This document shows, piece by piece, positions 56,954-64,000 of a stretch of DNA of 64,000 nt (positions within the stretch are counted from its first letter, which is position 1; every line of letters begins with the position of its first letter). Both the position numbers and the translations under genes were made by a program. Source of the stretch: a virus (lineage: Duplodnaviria > Caudoviricetes); the IMG/VR virus record IMGVR_UViG_3300009082_000959; one strand, written 5' to 3'. The notes beneath the pieces are model-generated. The model was not told the DNA's origin, made no database searches, and worked only from the letters and a program-made list of their open reading frames with translations.

Positions 56954-59900
56954 ATGACTCTTTCACCAATTAGAACATCTGAACTAACTGTATCAAGTAT
57001 TAAAATTATTTTTAATGACGATCTTGATACGAATATAGGTGTTGCCAACATATCTATCTATTCAGAAATTGACAGCATTTCTAATCCAGAGGTTAGGTCT
57101 GTATCTGTAGAAAATGAACAACTGTCTATAACATTTAGTCCCTTATTCCCAAAAGTAAAGTATAAAATACTTTTCGTTAGCACGGACACACAGTCATTCC
57201 AATCAATTAATGGTGAGCCAATAGTTGAGGATGGTGGAAGAAATTCTCTATTTATAGTGAGTCCTGGGGAAACACAAAACACTATAAGGGATAATGTTTT
57301 TTCAGATATATCATCGATATACGATATTGATGGCCAAACTACTGTACGAAGTCTAATAACCACACTTGCCGATGAATTGCAGACATCCTCCGACGCAATC
57401 AGCACTACCAAATCTGGTAACTATCTATCTCAACAGGTTATAGATGAATTAAAGATTAGAGATGATGGCCCTGTCGATAAGCTAGATAATGGGGGGGCTT
57501 TTCAAATATTACGTGTTGCCTCCACCCCAACTGGGTTTAGTAAAAATGGAACACTGTTATTCAATTCAACCAGGGAACAGACCTTTTCATCAAGAAATGG
57601 TATAATAATAAATTCTGCTGTAAGTGATCTTCCGTCTGATCCAATAAGCTTACAGGAAATAGATGTAATAAATGAAAAAGTTACCGATAACATAGACCTG
57701 CCAAATTATTTTAGCGGACTTTTTGTAAAATTATCATATGGTCCAATAATTAGGGTTGTATCTGTTGCATTGAAGCGCAACGGTACATACACTGAGTATG
57801 ATATAGAAAATTTTGGATATACTCTTTTTACAAATTATTATGACACTAGTTCTGCTTCAACAAATGTGAATATAGGCAATAATGAGTTTGAGCTGTCTTC
57901 ATCATCTTTAACCGGAAATACTGGTGGGTTTTTAACTCCACAGGCGGGCGACGAATTATATGTATCCTATACTTACAAAAGACTTGGTAGAAATATAGAT
58001 GGCGACTCAATTGAATTAAGCAGAGTTAAAAATGTTGTCAGAGAGGCTGCTCCAGCAATCGTGAACATATTTTCACTAGATTATGCCCCAATAGTTAATT
58101 CTTCTGGTATCATATTTGAAACAGGAGGTGTTACGTTTTATAACACGATAGCATACGATGGCCATCCAGCACTAACATACGACCACCCAGCATTTATAAG
58201 AGAGATACCATATAATCTTTTGCATCTTCCAGAACAAGCCGGAGAGTATTCTGTAGATTACTCAAGTGGGAGTGTTATAGTTTATGGCGAGGATGAAACC
58301 AACAAAGGAACAGGATTAAATCCACCTGTTGCATCCTATTCTTATAAACACATTTTTGATAACACAATTGACTATACATTCGATAGTGATAATTCATCAT
58401 TATCATTGAATTCTACAAGGGAAATAGATGGTCTTGATGCAACAATATCGTTTAATTATGAAGACACATTTGCAGAGGGAACTGATTTCAGGGTGTTATC
58501 ACATGTTGAAGTTCTTAATGAGAGGATTCTAAATAAACTAACAGGGTCTTTTGCTCTGGAGACACAAAACTTTCCAATAACAGATGTTTTTAGAATATTC
58601 AATGAAACAACTGGTGAGATATACTCGCTAGACAGATTTAATGACACAACAGTTTTTTTCAATGGAACACAGGCACCCAGACAAAAGGACATAGTACGTG
58701 AAAGAGCTACATTTGTTCGTGTTCCGCAGGAGATTTTACTTATCTCTGATGAGCTATCAAACACAATTGGTTTAACTGTTTTTAAAATAAATCTTGAAAA
58801 TAATGGAATAGCAGATAGTCACGGAACATTTGTTGGTGCTAACTTTGATACATCTGCATTGTTTTCAAATGCAGATGTATTTGTTAGAGAATTCTTTTAC
58901 GAAGATCGTCTGTTTACTAGTGTTGAAACCAATATAGATAGACTACTACAAGTTGGTGACTATTCGATTGACTATAACAATGGAATTATTTATGTTGCCG
59001 TATCTGCATCACAGGATTCAAATATAGGCGATGTTACATATTTGCATAAGAAAATAGATACATCTAATTCAAATATTTTGGGCGTTAACAATATATATAA
59101 AAGCAAGTCAGCACTTCAATCGAATGTAGTAAATTATCTTATCGGCGACATATCTGATACAGAAGCGGAGGTTGTTGGTCTCGAACAAATTGGTGAAAGA
59201 TTTATTAATGGCACTTCGTCTAGGGTGTTGGTTGTTGGTGCACATCAGAACGGCGAAGATGGAGTTACCTCTGAGAACATTTTTACCTCAAATGGTGCTA
59301 TATTTACAGAAGATGATGTCGGTAGATATCTTACTGTTGGGTCGTCTGTACAACCACCAGTACAAGAGGTTTTAATAACTGGACTAATTAATATTCATCA
59401 AGTACTGGTTTCTCCTGATTTTATCTACTCGGGTGCTGGTAGAGTTTGGTCTGTTGTTGATTTATCACCAGGATCGCCAAAAACAATAACTCTTGATCAC
59501 GACATAGTTTCTGTAAATAATATATACACTGTTTCGCAGCTCGGCACGTTACCATCGTCACTGTTGGATGGGTATTTTGATATAAATCGCGATACTGTAA
59601 GCGGAAATGTAATTACTCTTGGTGACGACAATCCGCTAGAGCTTGGTGCGGCAGTTGTAGTTAGTTATAATTTTGGAAATATTTTTATTGATTATAAGTA
59701 TTTGCGCGACAATATTATTATATCTTACGAATATGGCAAAAATTCAATAGATTGGAGTATAAGTAATTCACTATATAGTGGCCAAGAATATTATGTAACC
59801 TACAAATACGGCGCATTACGAAATTCTCTTCTATTAAATTTTGGTTCTTTGACTCAAATACCACAACTTACAAATTTTTCACCAAATCTTAACAGAGAAA

Positions 59901-62900
59901 CATATCGGTCTGTACTGTCGGGAACACTGCAATCATTCATAGAGGGTCCAACAGTAAGGTCAATAGAGAGATTGGTAGAATCATTCACTGGAGTAACGCC
60001 AGAAATAGAGGAGTCTACGTTTAGTAATTGGGTTGTTGGTAGAGATAAGTTGCATCTAAGAAAACCAACCTACTTATCAACACAGTCGTTCGATTTGGGC
60101 CGGTTTGATAAAGGTGCCATTATAGACTCCACTAATTTTATTAGTGTTCCGGCACTGTCACATATAAAAATTAACGAGGGGACTATATCTGCATGGTTGC
60201 GGCCGAACTGGAGTGGCTTGGCGAATGATGCCCAGATAACTTTTGACATTCAAATGGATGGGTACTACGATGAGTCAAGAGTATTTATAGGATTCTCTGG
60301 TTTTCATCCTGATTCAATTCCCTTTACACTTAATTCGTCTGATGATGATCCCAGCGTAACAAGTGTTCCGAATGTTTTAGATAGTGAAACTGGATATTTT
60401 ATTTGGTATGATGAGTTCGAAAAGAAATGGAATATAGTTTGGAGAGAAAACTCATCATTTAATCATAATTTTACTGGAACAATATCAACCGATGGTGAAT
60501 TTTATAGCGTAAATAATTACACTGGGCTAGACGGATATTCCAATAACGAAACCAGTGATATAATAACTAGTTCACTGGATTATATAAAGTTTTCTGGGTA
60601 CATAGATGGTTATGATTCAGGATACTCATCTGATGGTATATCATTTGCATCTGATTTACATCACTATATATTCGACATGGCCGCATCACCTAGTGCAAAC
60701 AGAATGTCATTATTCAAAGATGGGTCTGGATATTTAAATTTCCAGGTATTTGACAATAGAGGAATGGATATTGATGGTTTTTCTGGTTTCTATAATGTTT
60801 CAAAGGACATAAGCGCTTGGAATGAAGACGAATTGCATCATGTTGCTGTTTCGTGGAGATTTAATTCTGACGAAGAAAATGATGAAATGCATTTGTTTGT
60901 AGATGGTTCAGAGGTACAAAATCTATTTAAATATGGTGGTAATCCGAAAGCAAGCTCATTATATGATTTTGGAAATGTATCAGAGGAAGTTGTGATATCC
61001 AGTGCAACAAAACCAATTATAGGTGGTAGCGATGGCTCTACTTATGCTGGGTCTTTTGTGTTTGTTTCTACTTCTTCAGATTTTTCCACAGATGGCGTTT
61101 CTATAGGAGACTCACTATACTTATTGGATGACACAGCAGACGGAACAGGGTCACCAAACTATGGAACTCCTTATGGAATTACTGGTGTTGGTTCATCGAG
61201 CATTACCTTGGACCGTGCTCCAACATTAACGCTTAGTAGTGTAAAATTTAGCGTAAATTCTACAACAAAAACCGTAGATACACATGTTAATATTCAGGAC
61301 TTCATAGTTGTTAAAATTGATGCCGATGGAAATGAAACAGAATTAGCGGGGGTAGATTCTTCTGACCCAGATTATTCTACTGTACGCGGAACATACTATA
61401 ATCATACACTCACAATAAATAATGGAATAGCTATCGGGGATCGTGTTGTAATTAGACCACTTGGTTTAATATTAAGAAGATGTAAAGATAAAGTTTATGT
61501 GTACGGCGGAGGATACGATGAAATTAGATTAAATTCTGCTCCACCAGTTTCGTTGGCTGATGTCAAAATAACATCCATTGTGCTTGACAAAACAAGCATA
61601 AGTGAAGATGGGTACTTTGATTTTGCATCTGGCATAGTTGATGCACAATTGGTTACATTATTAACCAGAACGATAAGTGATATGTGTCAACCAAGCAATC
61701 AATCTGCTGGCAAAAAATTAGATATCACATTTAGCGGTGATAATTTTAATTATACCTTATCGGGAAATACCGTTGTCATAAATGGAACAACATATTCAGG
61801 GGCAACAACTGAAACCCTATCTTTCACAGAAAGTACAACAACTACTTCTTCACAGTATTGGAAAACTATAGAAAATTTAACCATTTCCGCAATACCAATT
61901 GATTTAGAGAAAGGGGCCGGAACAGTAGAAATACGTGAATCTATACCAATAACTGTGTCAGAAAATAACGGTGATTATGCAGAAATAGTTGATTATGCTA
62001 ACGGTATATTTAGATTGGAAACATATGGAACTGGTGGAAACCCATATATACTTAATGCTTGTACCTATGAGGTTGACTACCCATCTTATTTGAGAGTTCC
62101 ATTTGATAGTATTCCAGATAAATTTTATATTGGGTGCGACCACAACGAGTCGAATAATTTATCTGGAACAATAGATGAGTTTAAGATACTTGATTTTATG
62201 GCATCGGATACCAGAGTAGGAGAAGAGGTTGTATCAGGCGAATACTCGATAACAACCGATTATAATTCATCCAATGAGTCAGAGGAAGACGCAAACACAT
62301 TACTACTTATGCATTTAAATAGTACTGTAGAAGACTCATCGATTTTTAGAGACAGATTTAATGCCGGATATGAGGTTTCGTCTAGCATAAACTCTGATTT
62401 TGGCATGGCGATTAAATTCGGCAAAAATAATCCTTACATTGTCAACGATGCCTCTATTTTCAATACTGACGAGGGTTCAATAGAGTTTTGGGTTAGTCCT
62501 TTTCAAGATTCAATAGGTGATCCAAATTATAGATACTACGTTGATATGACTACCAGTGTAGAAATAGAGGTAGAATCAGTTTCAAGGGTGTCAGTAATAT
62601 CTCCAAGAAGTATAAGGGAAGTGGAAAGCATAAGACTTGTTTCAGATATATATAATACTGGAATAAATTATTTTGACGGAGGTTCATTATCTACTGTTGA
62701 TAATAAAACAATTTCACTCAGTACTCCGCTTCCAGATTACAATACTCCTGTTAGAATTAGATTTGTTTCATTGGACAACCAGGGAGACCGAGTAAGTATT
62801 TTTAGAGACCCAGATGGTAGAGTTAATTTTTTTGTAAAAGCCTCTGGGGTTGAGCACTTACTCAGTGTATCTACCGTGTGGGACAGACATACCTGGCACA

Positions 62901-63496
62901 GAATTATGGTTATGTGGAAGACAAACAGCTCAGATGGCCAGGATAGATTGCGCTTATTTGTGGACGGGGAGGAGAGAGGCACAATACGATATGGAACTGG
63001 ACTCATATATGGAACTGGAGTTATATACGGACAAGAGGAGATTCGTTCTGGAGCAGATAGATTTTTAGTAGATAATATTGATCTTACAGATGTGTTTTCA
63101 ACAATATATCTGGGTTCTGATATAACTAGCAATAATGGTGCAAGTGCCAAGATGGATAATATAAGATTTTCAGAAATTCAACGACTTGAAACCATTAAAG
63201 TTGTATCAAGCACAACAATTGATGTCAATTACTATCAGAATACTCTGTTGGCGATTCCGGTAACAGAGGATGTATATACTACTAAGATTTTTAATTTTGA
63301 CGATGACAGTTCTAATGTGATATATTTAGCCACAGTTGTGAATAAAGAACGTGGCATTTTCCGGTTTAAAGTAAAAGTAATAGATTCGTTTGATAGAGTA
63401 ATTGGTAATACGGAACTAGAGAACCTTTTGGTAACTCTTATAAATACAATAAAAGCAGCTCACTGTGAGGCTATAGTTGAGTACATTAGGTGGTAA
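56954..63496 (+). CDS. Giant baseplate wedge protein (gp7-like) with LamG domains
   Basis: 2180 aa. LNRETYRSVLSG.LQSFIEGPT..SIERLVESFTGVTPEI, two LamG-like domains (EGTISAWLRP...HHVAVSW; EGSIEFWVSP...WHRIMVMW), C-terminal NTIKAAHCEAIV. Confidence 0.8.
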   Translation: MTLSPIRTSELTVSSIKIIFNDDLDTNIGVANISIYSEIDSISNPEVRSVSVENEQLSITFSPLFPKVKYKILFVSTDTQSFQSINGEPIVEDGGRNSLFIVSPGETQNTIRDNVFSDISSIYDIDGQTTVRSLITTLADELQTSSDAISTTKSGNYLSQQVIDELKIRDDGPVDKLDNGGAFQILRVASTPTGFSKNGTLLFNSTREQTFSSRNGIIINSAVSDLPSDPISLQEIDVINEKVTDNIDLPNYFSGLFVKLSYGPIIRVVSVALKRNGTYTEYDIENFGYTLFTNYYDTSSASTNVNIGNNEFELSSSSLTGNTGGFLTPQAGDELYVSYTYKRLGRNIDGDSIELSRVKNVVREAAPAIVNIFSLDYAPIVNSSGIIFETGGVTFYNTIAYDGHPALTYDHPAFIREIPYNLLHLPEQAGEYSVDYSSGSVIVYGEDETNKGTGLNPPVASYSYKHIFDNTIDYTFDSDNSSLSLNSTREIDGLDATISFNYEDTFAEGTDFRVLSHVEVLNERILNKLTGSFALETQNFPITDVFRIFNETTGEIYSLDRFNDTTVFFNGTQAPRQKDIVRERATFVRVPQEILLISDELSNTIGLTVFKINLENNGIADSHGTFVGANFDTSALFSNADVFVREFFYEDRLFTSVETNIDRLLQVGDYSIDYNNGIIYVAVSASQDSNIGDVTYLHKKIDTSNSNILGVNNIYKSKSALQSNVVNYLIGDISDTEAEVVGLEQIGERFINGTSSRVLVVGAHQNGEDGVTSENIFTSNGAIFTEDDVGRYLTVGSSVQPPVQEVLITGLINIHQVLVSPDFIYSGAGRVWSVVDLSPGSPKTITLDHDIVSVNNIYTVSQLGTLPSSLLDGYFDINRDTVSGNVITLGDDNPLELGAAVVVSYNFGNIFIDYKYLRDNIIISYEYGKNSIDWSISNSLYSGQEYYVTYKYGALRNSLLLNFGSLTQIPQLTNFSPNLNRETYRSVLSGTLQSFIEGPTVRSIERLVESFTGVTPEIEESTFSNWVVGRDKLHLRKPTYLSTQSFDLGRFDKGAIIDSTNFISVPALSHIKINEGTISAWLRPNWSGLANDAQITFDIQMDGYYDESRVFIGFSGFHPDSIPFTLNSSDDDPSVTSVPNVLDSETGYFIWYDEFEKKWNIVWRENSSFNHNFTGTISTDGEFYSVNNYTGLDGYSNNETSDIITSSLDYIKFSGYIDGYDSGYSSDGISFASDLHHYIFDMAASPSANRMSLFKDGSGYLNFQVFDNRGMDIDGFSGFYNVSKDISAWNEDELHHVAVSWRFNSDEENDEMHLFVDGSEVQNLFKYGGNPKASSLYDFGNVSEEVVISSATKPIIGGSDGSTYAGSFVFVSTSSDFSTDGVSIGDSLYLLDDTADGTGSPNYGTPYGITGVGSSSITLDRAPTLTLSSVKFSVNSTTKTVDTHVNIQDFIVVKIDADGNETELAGVDSSDPDYSTVRGTYYNHTLTINNGIAIGDRVVIRPLGLILRRCKDKVYVYGGGYDEIRLNSAPPVSLADVKITSIVLDKTSISEDGYFDFASGIVDAQLVTLLTRTISDMCQPSNQSAGKKLDITFSGDNFNYTLSGNTVVINGTTYSGATTETLSFTESTTTTSSQYWKTIENLTISAIPIDLEKGAGTVEIRESIPITVSENNGDYAEIVDYANGIFRLETYGTGGNPYILNACTYEVDYPSYLRVPFDSIPDKFYIGCDHNESNNLSGTIDEFKILDFMASDTRVGEEVVSGEYSITTDYNSSNESEEDANTLLLMHLNSTVEDSSIFRDRFNAGYEVSSSINSDFGMAIKFGKNNPYIVNDASIFNTDEGSIEFWVSPFQDSIGDPNYRYYVDMTTSVEIEVESVSRVSVISPRSIREVESIRLVSDIYNTGINYFDGGSLSTVDNKTISLSTPLPDYNTPVRIRFVSLDNQGDRVSIFRDPDGRVNFFVKASGVEHLLSVSTVWDRHTWHRIMVMWKTNSSDGQDRLRLFVDGEERGTIRYGTGLIYGTGVIYGQEEIRSGADRFLVDNIDLTDVFSTIYLGSDITSNNGASAKMDNIRFSEIQRLETIKVVSSTTIDVNYYQNTLLAIPVTEDVYTTKIFNFDDDSSNVIYLATVVNKERGIFRFKVKVIDSFDRVIGNTELENLLVTLINTIKAAHCEAIVEYIRW

Positions 63497-63607
63497 TATA
63501 TTTGTCGCTCTATATGATTGTTTCTTGGTTTTCCACGGTCTAATGACCTTTATACACGAGAAATTTTGGTTGTCAAGCGACTTATAAGAAATTTTTAGGA
63601 GAAAAAA

Positions 63608-64000
63608 ATGGCTAGGTCTAATTGGTCGAGAGTAAATTTTTTTGATGGTCAAGAGGTTTCTGAAACGGACCTCGATGTTGAACAGAGCGCATGGCATAAT
63701 GGCTTGGCCAATGCCGTAGATTTTTTGGCGGGTAGCGGGGTAGAAAAGGATTCTGCAGTTCAAAGAGTGTTGTTTGACTCGGATGATGTTCCTGCGTCTA
63801 TATCTAGTCTGATTTCGTCAACATCATTTGATGGAGAGCCTATATATCCAACAGATGCGTTTGGCCAGGTTGTTTTTCTGCAGCCATCCGATGCATCTGA
63901 GGGAAACCAATTAGAGGTTGAAATATCTGGATCATCATTGGACGGGACTCCAAGTGCCAAGGTATTTGTATTTGGTCAGATTTTTGGCGGAACATTTACT
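63608..64000 (+). CDS. 3'-truncated baseplate/fibre-attachment-like protein (not in ORF track)
   Basis: SD AGGAG, ATG 63608, open to the window end: MARSNWSRVNFFDGQEVSETDLDVEQ... Confidence 0.8.
   Translation, partial: MARSNWSRVNFFDGQEVSETDLDVEQSAWHNGLANAVDFLAGSGVEKDSAVQRVLFDSDDVPASISSLISSTSFDGEPIYPTDAFGQVVFLQPSDASEGNQLEVEISGSSLDGTPSAKVFVFGQIFGGTFT

Noticed and set aside
1-64000. Stop-codon reassignment as seen in some large phages
   Set aside because: The standard code gives long intact genes at high density. TAG and TGA end plausible full-length genes (1851, 2728, 2970, 20733; 7820).
31945-64000. Bacterial contractile injection system or T6SS rather than phage
   Set aside because: A tape measure, a frameshifted chaperone, neck-like genes, many fibres and dense homing endonucleases fit a phage, and no T6SS membrane complex or eCIS ATPase is seen. 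Capsid genes are outside the window, so this is not formally excluded.
1-64000. tRNA, rRNA or CRISPR loci
   Set aside because: The intergenic gaps are at most about 120 nt, and none shows a cloverleaf or a repeat-spacer pattern.

Overview
This window is the virion-morphogenesis region of a large (jumbo-type), AT-rich myophage. About 40 genes lie tightly packed on the + strand, and both ends of the window cut through genes. The order is: neck/head-completion-like genes and several fibre/spike proteins (0-31 kb), then tail terminator-like gene, sheath, tube, tail chaperone with a -1 frameshift, tape measure, tube initiator, hub, spike, gp25-like, baseplate J-like and a giant LamG-bearing wedge protein. 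No capsid, terminase, replication, tRNA, rRNA or CRISPR features are visible. About 10% of the window is selfish DNA: six free-standing putative homing endonucleases (2 LAGLIDADG, 1 GIY-YIG, 1 PD-(D/E)XK, 2 HNH-type) and one intein. The most unusual signal is a tripeptide, Asp-Gly-Tyr (DGY), found 33 times by hand count in 11 head/neck/fibre/baseplate proteins. It uses varied codons and is absent from the sheath, tube, tape measure, hub, spike and nucleases. A Maf/DUF115-like glycosyltransferase, a zinc peptidase and a lipoprotein protease sit in the same module, which suggests a possible virion modification or docking system. Other notable items are an AP2-domain-containing intein that splits a zinc finger of a structural protein, a candidate inverted one-piece spanin, a switch-like RNA leader on the sheath gene, and a relic duplicate C-terminus of a fibre gene. 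All family calls are by motif recognition only; no searches were run and all counts are manual.
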